A stretch of DNA of 64,000 nucleotides from Balanoglossus misakiensis (taxonomy: Eukaryota > Animalia > Hemichordata): NCBI GenBank assembly GCA_040954595.2, contig CM082595.2, forward strand, positions 3,333,943 through 3,397,942, in the 5' to 3' direction. A program made the position numbers and the translations under genes. The notes under the pieces are model-generated. The model saw only the letters and a list, made by a program, of their open reading frames with translations, ran no database searches and had not been told where the DNA came from. Below are positions 33,101-43,564 of the stretch, piece after piece; within the stretch, counting starts at the first letter, position 1, and each line of letters opens with the position of its first letter.

Positions 33101-35318
33101 CGCATTACCAAGTGGTTTCTGCTATTTTGATTGCTTTGCTTGCGCATTCCAAATATTTGTCTCCCGGCACGACCATGAACGCAACCTTGCAACGTGTTCA
33201 CAAGACTTACCTCCGTGGCCGGAGCCTGATTGGCTGGGACAATTTGTCGGAGTGCAGGATTCCGTCTGCAGGGTCTCATCCCCACAGTCGCTCTGGTCTG
33301 CCTTGTCGCATGACCGTTCTCGTCGCCGAGTTTCGCTGTGGCAGTCACAGTGCGACCAAGGCGTCCATTGTGTCCACGTGACTCGAAGCGTAGCTACATG
33401 GACCAAAACGTTATTGTGTTATTCGTGATTGTATATTTTGCATGTGAGATAGGACGTTTTCCTCCAGAAGTGCCTTATTTGGTCGTACAATTTGAAGAAT
33501 TGTCGTTTCTGAATGTTTTATTATAATTTTTTATCAAGGATACCTGTTGAATATATTGAACGGCCAATCCGGAATTGAATGAGAAACAATTGTGTCAAAC
33601 AACTGCAGATAAGCTTACCCGCCAGAGCTTCACACTCGTTTGTAAATGGGTAACAAGGTTCCGTCACCGTGCCCTCGCCGGGGCAGTTCGAAGCCGTTAT
33701 CAGTGAGCCTCCCTCGACGATGGCTTGACACTCGCGCAGCATCTGGCGCGATCCCTTCACACATCCGGGAACGCTGACGGTTGAACAGGGCGACCATTCC
33801 GACCACCTGCTCCATTCTCCATCTTGTTCGCAAAAAAAAAAAAATGAGAGGACAATTCAAATTTGATATATGTCCGATCAAAATGGCGCTTTAAGTCTAC
33901 TGTGGCGAATTTCTACAATACTGTGGGCAATTATTCATCTTCTAAGTCCGGACTGAAAATCAAAATCATCTTCAGAGTTTCCTACCTGGGCATTCAAATT
34001 CGTTGCACGCCTCCACCTCCATCGCGTCGCCTTCGCAAACATCACTGATCGTTTCGTCCAGCTTGTTGAGACAGTTTCTTTCCCGGCGACGCGTGCCACC
34101 GAGACACGTTTGCGTGCACTGCAACCATTCAGCCCAGTGCGTCCATTCTGAAAAGATTGGGGCATATTTTTTATTTAATATTTATCATTTATTTAAATCA
34201 GGATTTAAATAATAGTCTCGGTTACCCAGAACCCTTTGCTTCTTCCGCTGCGCTTCAGAAAAGGAGCGCAGCGGAAAAAGCAAAGGTTCTGGGTAACCGA
34301 GACTAGTCACTGACTTGCCACTTGAACTCACCGTCACAGGGTCCCATGTCACACTCTTCTTCTTCTGTTCTTTCTCCAGAACAGTCTTTCGACGCCTGGC
34401 CATCGGCGGTCTCGCACGACCTCTTCCGGTGTCTCACTCCAGCGAGGCAAGCCACCGAACAGTCCGACCAAGCACCCCACTCCTTCCAGGCGCCTGTGGA
34501 TATACATCGGAACGTCGGTCAGAGGTCAACCGATCAAGAAAGGAGGTGGGTACAGTTTGGGTGGGATAGTGTAAGGTACGGTTGGTGTCTTAGGTTAGGT
34601 TAGGTTAGGTTAGGTTAGGTTAGGCAGGTACTGAACGCTGGCTTTTGAGCCTCTATATTCAGCTCCACTTCAGTCCATCATTGGGGTAGTTTTTCTCGGA
34701 TCTGGTTTGTATGATGTAGGGTTCGGAGTAGTTGTATTTCATTGTGTCTTGTCTGTTGTTAAGACAGCACACTGCCTTATGGCATTGACTGTATACAATT
34801 TTTGCAACCGGAGTCTCTGGTTTGTCGCGCATAAGACGATCGTCCGAGAGTAACAAACATTCGGTACCTTAATATTGTACACAAATCAGAAATTTCTGAA
34901 CAGTTTTACCTGGACAGGGCTCGTTGTCGCATGGTAATTCTTCTGTTGGTAATCCCTCACAATCAGTAGATGGCTCGGTCCTCTTAATTAAACACTCTCT
35001 AGTGCGAACTATGACGTCATCTCCACAAGTCGTAGGACAGTCTGACCATTGGCCCCATTTCGACCACCTGGCGGTTGCTTTAGACAAGAAAGTACAAGAA
35101 AGACAAAACATCACCATTTCCATAACGTTTTCTTAAAAATTGAATATGTATTGAACCAAACGAAAACGACTTCCAGGTTTTCAGTTGTGAGCTTGAGTAT
35201 ATATCATAAACTATCCGTTTTGAACGGCTCCATGGATAAGCTTTGCAGACTTACCACCATGGACTTCGGAGACCTTCGTAATCAACACAGCTAAAATTAT
35301 CCACGTCCCTTGAAACAT
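27176..35318 (-). CDS. Paralog A: type-I membrane protein with signal peptide, 6 TSP1, Ig, TM, KE-rich and polyPro tail, and optional 14x Pro-rich/WH2-like repeat exon. About 1792 aa long form, about 735 aa if stopping at 30755 (exons 35318-35255, 35077-34910, 34493-34332, 34147-33986, 33822-33619, 33393-33211, 32890-32714, 32512-32375, 32251-32123, 31989-31948, 31686-31593, 31439-30759, 30350-27176)
   Basis: Signal peptide [21 protein letters not shown]. Six phase-1 exons carry the WxxWxxWxxC..RxRxC TSP1 pattern. The Ig domain reads C..W.K...GDLEI...DSGIYAC. The hydrophobic segment is [25 protein letters not shown]. All junctions are GT-AG and phase-compatible. The join to the last exon is inferred. 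Confidence 0.85.
27190..29900 (-). repeat. Coding minisatellite: 186-bp (62 aa) and 222-bp (74 aa) tandem units, 14 copies of GRGDLLxDIQK
   Basis: The Q-type motif recurs from 28711 to 29641 (5 x 186 bp). The K-type units are spaced 222 bp apart. The reading frame is preserved throughout. Confidence 0.95.
34213..34305. mobile_element. Short palindromic MITE-like element flanked by TA
   Basis: TAGTCTCGGTTACCCAGAACCCTTTGCTT ... AAGCAAAGGTTCTGGGTAACCGAGACTA forms a near-perfect hairpin. The same terminus recurs at 63914. Confidence 0.75.
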
Positions 35319-36062
35319 CACAAACTCTGCACCATTTTCACCGTGTCAAATTCCTCTCCATTGCAAACATCATGTGCTTTCCGAGTAAAGTTTTTTTTTG
35401 TAAGAACAGATGATCAAAACACGCAGCCAGCTAACTCCTGGTTGTAGTTATATCTGACTTGGCACGAGCTCCTACGAATTTAAACGGTCTTCGAACACCG
35501 CGCATGTGCGCGAGCAGGGGAACTCCGCGACGCCCGCGTCTCGTAGCATCCGCGCGAGGGCCTGAATGCGCGCGCGCGTAGTATGCGCGTGCCACTTGGG
35601 AACTAAATTCCACATAATTATTCCATATTCATGAAATTGGTTGGAGTTATGGATTTTTTTTGGCTTGGGTAGGTGGTTTTGTTGTGTTGTTGGTGGCTAG
35701 ATTGGAGGGTGGCGTTCTCGGCTATGCAATACTCAAACTTATCACCATTCACTCTATAAAAAACACACAAGTATCGGTATTATTATTATTTAATGAAATG
35801 CTAAACTTAAAATTGTCTACAGTATATTTAGATCATTCTTATTGTACGCTCCCGTAGTGGGCAGTTATCGATTTGAAGAGAGAAAATTTTTGACATATTT
35901 GCTTATGAGCAACCGTCAGCTTTGATTCAGTGTCACTAGACGCAGATTTTGTTTGGTTTTTGTCTCGGACAATGTTGTAGAAATGTTTCTCAGTCCCCAG
36001 TGTTCTCATTGGAAGGTTTGTGACTTTCAAATAACACAGCGTATGCAGGTGAACTTGTGACA

Positions 36063-39000
36063 CTACGGAGGGGGTGGCGGTGGGGGTGGAGGCGGTGCAC
36101 CCCCCGCGTCATCCGGTGGCGGCGGAGGTGGTGGTGGCCCTTCAGAGCCCGGAGGCGGTCCGGGCGGTGGAGGGAGACCGCCGGCGTCTCCGTCCAAATA
36201 TGGAGGCTCCTCCTCGTAGTAGTGAAGTTGCTCCACCGGTTCAGCGTCAGGGGGCATAAATGCCACCTCTTCTTCCTGGTCATAGTACTGGCCCTGCGAA
36301 ACGTACGACTCCACCGAGTAGCTGGACCGAGCGTAGTTCTCGTCCTCCTCGCAGATCATTCCACTGTGATTCACCCTTTCAGCGGAGCTCTCCTTCTTTC
36401 GCCTGTGCCTCAAACCGTCCCTGTCTTCCCTCTTTTCATCTCTCTTTTCCTTTCCCCCTTTTCCCGATTTCTTCTTTCCCGGGTCCTTGTCTTTGCCGCC
36501 GTCTCTCTTTTTCCTTGCGGGACTCCCCTTCGATTTGGACTTTTTGGCTCTTTTCGACGCACCTTTTCCAAGTTCCTCGTCCGAGTTGAACGTCGAGCGA
36601 CTTCTACAAAAAAAACATGTCCGGTGGTAGGTTTTCATTGGTTGTAAACAAAAGCCGTCCATTTATACTCTAAGTATACGCAAGGAAGTCGTCGGCACAT
36701 GATATTGCTTGTGATATTGGTGTTTTCGAATTCCTGGGTACACCCAGGACACACCGATCCCAAAAATCGCATCGCACGTGTTGTTTGGATGTCTTGCCGT
36801 GCAGTGGCCCGAATAATGAACCCCAGTAACCATGGTAGCACACGATGATTGGTGCAAATCACACTTACCCGATGTACTGGCCTATGGATGCGCCAATCAC
36901 GAACGTCAGGGAAAGGACCGGAAGAGACAGTGGCACGGCAACGTCGAAGGAGAAAAAGTTTATGGAACCTGAAATTGTAGTTGATATAAAATGAAATAAG
37001 CATTTTCATGTATAGCTGTGGTTCTTACCGAAAAATCGTGGTTCTTACGTTTTACAGCCTACAAAGTCAAAACAAGGCAGACAGGCAGCAAGATAAGAAG
37101 TTAAACCATAACGTAGGATAAATCATTGTCCTAAACTGCAAATAACTTCAACTTGTATTTAGAAAATCTTACCATTTTCATAAAGAGCGCCTTGGTCAAA
37201 TGGCGGCACATCCACTGATGAAGAAAGAAAATTGATTGTTTTAATTCGTGTTTCCATAAATATACTTTCAAATTTACGCTAGTCCCCACCCCCTCCCCAA
37301 TGAGTCTGTAGTAAATGCGCAAAGCTCCATCTATGAGTTGAGTTCATAAAATGAATAATGGTGCACAGTCCTAAATATATAGTGACCGGAAAATAGTGTA
37401 CTGCACATACCTTTCAAAAGCACGACGTTTGTTATCACAGTCTTGTCGTCCAGCGTTACACTGCACGCGTATATACCACTGTCTTTCCTCTCGATGCTTT
37501 CGATCTCCAAATCTCCGTATTCCAATAGCTTTCGTCCGGCTGTCGAAAGAATGACGTCATACATTTTGGATGAATTTGAATTTTGACCGTTTGCTAACAA
37601 CACAGTGCTGCAAAGTATGACTCGTGTCTTGTTTTGTTTGCTATATTTTTTTAAATTTTGATCAAGACCTACAGACAATGAAAAATTATGTCCATTTGGT
37701 CTAGAATTAAGTGAAAAACATGGAAAAAATGTGTGGAAATGATAAAAATGTTGCACCACATTTTGATAGCGAGAAAAATGGAAGTAAAACAATCCACTTA
37801 CGGAATATAGGGAAGTACTGATTGTCCTTTAACCATGATACGGTAGCCGAGGGGTGACTATCCATGAACCAGTCCACCATGCAGCGAATTCTAGCTTTTA
37901 CCCTGCTGGTCACGTGGGCTTCATTAATCATTGTCATGTCTGAGGAGAAAGGAAACGGAATTATTTTTAATAATAATAAATAAGTATACATTAAATAGAC
38001 AAAATGACAGTTAGCAAGTGTAGTTACCTGGACAGAGCTGATCGGACACACACGTTTCCGTGACCATTGCCTCGCCGTTGCACCAGCCTTCAATATTGTC
38101 CGGATTGTGACAATCTCGCTCGCGGCTTCTTACCCCCTTACCGCACGTCACCGAACAGGGTTGCCATGGTGACCAATTGGACCAGCCCTCCGAGTATCCT
38201 CCTGTCGACGAAGAGGAATAACAGTGACGATATCCATGATGGTTTTATCTGAATATGATTGATCAGTCTTGAGTTTGTTTGGTGAAAGACAGACACGCAG
38301 AAAGGCAGGCAGACAGGCGCAACTATAACTCACCACATGGTCCTTCGTTGCAGGCAGACAGACCTTGGCGTTCTCCCTGGCATTTCTCAGCCACGCCCTC
38401 CTCCTTGCACTCTCTGTCTCGCGTCTTGACCCCATCGCCACAGGTCACGGAGCATTGTCCCCAGGGTGACCACAAATCCCATCCTTCTTGGTCCAGTTCT
38501 TCCCCTGTTGTCAGAGAACACGTGCTGAGTTGAAAAATGGAACTCTCAACAATTTCACCAATTGGCCAACAAGTCCTTCTCTATAAGCTTCTTTGGTAAG
38601 CTACTACACAGGAGGTGTTGCTACACTTACCGTTGTTGTTGTCATTGTTGTTGATGCCTTCGCAGAAGTTCCCACACTGCTCCTCCTGGTCGGCGTCCCC
38701 CTGGCACTCTGAGGGGCGCGCCCCCGGTGGGCAGGTGCGATGCCGGCTCCTCGTCCCAACACAGGTCGACCAGGGGTTCCATTCGGTCCATATTACTGTC
38801 AGTGTCAATAAAACAAGAACATGTTTTTAATTGTTGATTGCACATTGTGACGTCTCATACTATTGTCCAGCCAAAAAGGAGGTTGAGAGACAACATTTCT
38901 ATCTTTCTTTTGGTTGGTTGGAGGAAGACATAGGGCAAGTCAAATTACCAATTCGGTAAACGACCACAATGCGCGAACGAGAGAATGCTAGCGGAATAAG

Positions 39001-41339
39001 AGATATGGAAATTCTACAGAGGGGAGTGGTGAAGTGCGAAAAAGAACACATACATCGTTCATAGTTTCTTGATAACTTTCAAAGGTTTATTTACATGAAA
39101 ATACATTCTAAAATTTAAACAAGGACAGATATTCACTGAAACGAAAAAGAAAGACATTATATATTACTGTACTCTAGTAAATCTTCTTCAGTCTATAGTA
39201 TGACACATCTGAATATACATGTTAGGCTATACGTTGTAATATATGTAGCTTTTCACCAGGTACCTCCATTTATGGTCCAGTTACATCATTGTGTGTTAGT
39301 GAATTAAGCCCTGGGAACGTGTAAAGACCAATTCTTTGATCAGGTGGCATTTCAAATTTATTCCGAGAGGTTATTGCTTTTGAGTGTGTGATACAGGCGA
39401 AATAAAGTTCGTCTTGGTGATTTTATTTCTTGACATACCGGGGCATCGGCTTGAATGGCAATCTTTGGTCCTCTCGCCTTCGCCCGGGCAACCCCAAGCT
39501 TCTTCTCCGCTCTCTACGGTCCTGCAAGATCTCTTGCTGACCACGACTTTGGAAACGCCACAAGGGCATTCCGACCACTGGCTCCAAGTCGTCCATTCCT
39601 TCTGCGCCTCTGCAAATGAACAGAGTGGTCCCGTCAGATGTCGTGGTTATGTCACGAAAGCGACCATCATTTCTTTCCTGAAGTTCTCCGTACAAGCCGA
39701 GAGACGTGTGATCGTATGTTTTCTGCCAGATATGCCCAGTGCCTATGCGCTAAAACCACTATACACAAACGGATAAACCACGAGGTCCCACTTACCAACG
39801 CACGTGTCTGCAATCCGACAGGGCGTGTCTATGTTCTCAGAGGCGCCATAGCAAATGGATTCAGGCGACGGTTTTTGACACCCTCGAGTTCGAGTCCTGC
39901 TCTTGCTAGAGCAACCACACTCCGTCCACTGGCCCCACTCCAACCAGGTTCCTGAGAATATCCAAAGTAACATCCGTTGAAAAGAAAGACACAAAATCTC
40001 GTTTGGCACTCAACAAACGAGAGAGGAACTCTGTTCTTGGTCTATTCACTATCATTTCATCTCCTTTCATACCTCAACCATTCCCTACCTGGGCAAGCTC
40101 GGTCCGTGCAGGATTCAAAAGACTCGGACTCTCCCGCACATTTCGATTTCCTCGTCCGATCTCCGTTCATTTTGCGACAAGTCCTCTTTCGAGACGCCTC
40201 GCCAATTCCACAGTCCGCCGAACAATGCGACCAGCTTTCCCACTCACCCCAGGCTGTCAAGAAAAGAAATGGAGAAGTATTTGACCGGGAAGAGTATGGG
40301 AAGAGACGGTCGTATACGGGGGTACCTCCTTAACTGGATGTTGTATCCAAAACAGTGCAACACTGACTCACCCGGACAAACGGCATCGCCACACAGGATT
40401 TCCTCTTCACCGTTGTCCGGACAACCAGTGGTGACGCCCCCGGTCTTCGCCAGACAGTCTCTCGTTCTCCGCTTGGTGCTGCCACCACAAGTGGCCGCAC
40501 ACTCCGACCACTGGTTCCATCTGGCCCAACTTTGTCCTGAATAAGAAGTCACTGGTCATTGAAAGGTACACGCCTCCAAAATCAGGGTCAATTATATGTC
40601 ATATTTTGCACGTCAACTTTAGGCCATTCTCTATTAAAGTCGTGATTGGAGGTCACCGTTATACAGCGGATTTGGACCAAGGGTGGCGAGGTTAGAACAT
40701 GAACGGTGGGGACAGGCAGACAAATCCCTTACCTTCGCAGCCGGAAGGTACGCAATTCTCAAGTTCAATAGAATCGAAATTGCCACCTCTAGCACACTCC
40801 ATCATTGGAGCGGACTCGCCATTATCTTCACACCGTCTTTGGCGTATGCGATTTTTAGAAATGCAGGAACATTTCGACCATGGTTCCCATTCTGTCCACG
40901 CTGGACCCGCTGCTGAAAGAGAAAGACGTTGCAGTCCCTAAGTCCATACAGGCTGCTTTCATTTGTGTACTGTATCAGTCAAAGTTGGTGTCGAGTCAGT
41001 TGATGTTGTTATTGTTGTTGTTTTTCTCAATCTTGTCCCACTGGTCTCTTGTGTCTGTTGAAAATGTCCAATCTGACAAAAGATAGTGTCTGCTGACGGG
41101 AAACGCGGTCATCTTTGGTGACGCACACTAAGTCTTTGTACTGACCGAGCTCACCAATAAATCACAAAGTGGAACTGTCTTGAAAACTACTCAATATATT
41201 GGCCTGCAGTAATGGACGCCATGTGGTAGACATAGTCCCCATCTTGGGTTGTTTGCTTACCTGAAACACTTCTTTCGATGACGAGGGCTGCGAGCACGAA
41301 AGTAACCAGGGAGTTGACGGGCCTCGATGCTTGCTTCAT
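36063..41339 (-). CDS. Paralog B: type-I membrane protein with signal peptide, 8 TSP1, Ig, TM, Lys-rich and polyPro tail, about 791 aa (exons 41339-41261, 40912-40733, 40536-40372, 40253-40089, 39951-39796, 39609-39439, 38795-38631, 38504-38334, 38201-38028, 37939-37802, 37539-37411, 37214-37173, 36968-36869, 36603-36063)
   Basis: Signal-like exon MKQASRPVNSLVTFVLAALVIERSVS and eight phase-1 TSP1 exons. The Ig exons (138 and 129 nt) and the 42-nt linker exon match paralog A in size. The TM-like segment is VAVPLSLPVLSLTFVIGASIG. The tail ends in [10 protein letters not shown]. Confidence 0.87.
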
Positions 41340-41776
41340 TCCAGCAGTTGAACTCTCAGGCAAAAACATCGTCCCCCGAAGAAAATCCATGGTTTATCAA
41401 TGCTTTTCTGTGCTGTGTGGCTTGTTTTTCGAACCACTGCGAAATCTTGTTCGTGTGCACCGGGGGAACGTTTCTGTCGTTTGTTGGAACAGGGCTCCGC
41501 GCGCGCATGACGGCCTAGGGCGCGGTGTCTTTAGCATGGGCGCAGAATTGGGGTGCTCTCCCGCGTCCGCCGAGGCCAAAAACTTGCATGATTATCTACC
41601 ATTCCACATGGTAGAGGGGTTGGTCGAACAAGAAACGACTACACACAAAACAAAACTGCCGAAATAACAAATTTGAGACCCCTACACCCTTTTCACGTCG
41701 GATCGATATCTCCTCAGTACACCCCTACCCTCATTCGATTGGCCAGCCCCTTCTTGTTACTTCAACTTGTACTTAC

Positions 41777-42528
41777 AGTCGCCCTGGCAATGTATCACTT
41801 GACAGCTATCAACTTCAGTGTCCTCTCCCGGACATCTGGCCGTGAACACTCTCTCGTCCTTGATTACGCAGGTTCTTTGGCGGCTCCGGTCCCCCTCCCC
41901 GCAGGTGAGAGAACACGCCGTCCACGGTGACCACTCGTCCCATTCCGAGGGTTTTAGTAGTTCCAAATTTCTGAATGGGCCGTGGCCTATAAATCGATGA
42001 CGATGTTGAAAATGAAAATGAATGTGCTGAATACTGGTTTATATATCTTGACAAGTAATTGGAGAAAAGGGTGAAATTTTGTCAAGTGATACATATACAT
42101 GTATGTACTTACTTCCAGGACAGGGTGTTGGTTCGCTATTGCACGCCCTGGTCTGCTTTCTATCCAGCGGTAAACAAGTCCTTCTCACTTTTGGTTCGTG
42201 TACGTATACACACTTCCGCTTTTTCACACCCGGCACTATTCCACACGTCTTTGAGCACTCCTTCCAGGGTGACCAATGAACTAAGAATTAAATCACAAAT
42301 GCGAAGACATTTTGGAAGATCACTGCCATTATACAGGTTCTTCACAGGCCAATCTATTTGACCATTTTTGATCACATTCCCTTGGTTGGCCCGGCCAATT
42401 TCAGTCACTCCAAAATTCACTCAAAAAATCAATGTGTTATATTACTTACGAGAGGAATGACTTTGGTGTATTCTCGTCGCTAATATGAGAATTAAAGCCT
42501 CAACTATCACTGTGTTCAATGGAGTCAT
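41777..42528 (-). CDS. Upstream signal-peptide exon plus 2 TSP1 exons (42528-42450, 42280-42113, 41986-41777): alternative 5' end of paralog B or a truncated third paralog
   Basis: MTPLNTVIVEALILILATRIHQSHSS | LHWSPWKECSKTCG...KRKC...C | ...EWDEWSPWTACSLTCGEGDRSRQRTC...C. All junctions are phase 1 with GTAAG donors, and the last is compatible with the acceptor at 40912. Confidence 0.75.
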
Positions 42529-43564
42529 CACGCCAACCTTACGGAAGATGGTCGCCGTCCGCCCTTGGACAAAAGATGGCACTGGTAAAAGTGCATGGTT
42601 ACCCCGAAAACGCAAAATAGTTGAGATGTTTGCAAACGAAATCCGTGAAACTTCGCCCATCAAATGCTAGGGACATTGAAAAGCCAGGTCGCGCGCGCGG
42701 AATCGTTTGGCTTCGATAAGGCGTTCTTGAGGCGTTCTTCATGTTCTTTAGATGCGTTCTGGTTTCAAATGCGTGATGTTCTTGGACGCGCCATGCAAGA
42801 CGCAGTCGAGACATTCCAGTTTTTGCATGTTTTTTGTGGGGTGGAAATCGTTGATAATAAGTCCAGCTTTATAAGTGTCTATTAACTGCACTGCTATCGT
42901 GAATGATGCTGTGAATCTGTCAATGCACAGTTGTACTGTAGTTGCTATCTGCAGTGCAATAGCCATTCATGGGCGTGGTCAAATTTGCATATGTGGGGGT
43001 AACAATATAGTGCCCTCTGTGGTCACTTTGATGTTCATTGGGTTCCTTTCTTTTCTCTGTGAACTTGGTGGTTTCATGAATCAAGTCATCATTCAAGATT
43101 CAGAAATGTGTGTGTGATACAAAGTCAAGATACTGGTAGCAGGGTATTCATGTCAGTCCATTGCTTTGAGGTGTCGGGGACATTCAGAGCTTGTGCACAC
43201 AACCACACACAGAATTCTAGTTTTGAAAGTATTTTTTTTATTATAATAGCATACTTCACTTCGGATGAAACTGCTTCATTGCAGTCCAATACATAGTTCT
43301 CTTGATGCTCTGCATAATTGTCATAGGAGCTGAAATTCAAAAAGACGACTTTCAAAAATGGCCTCGAAATTACAATCTTATTGAAATACACCAAGGCCAA
43401 AATCTGCCACATATATCAATGCTTCCCACAATTAGCAAAGTATCCATACACACCAGGAAATGTGTGCATGAGTGTTGTACCATTGCATGGCAGTGAAATG
43501 GAAGTTAGAGCTCATTTCGCGGTGAAATGACAACCTGTCCGTGATCAAAATAATATCCTTCTCG

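Noticed and set aside
34590-34624. (TTAGG)7 resembling an arthropod telomere repeat
   Set aside because: Only 35 bp and intronic. Best treated as an ordinary microsatellite with no taxonomic meaning.
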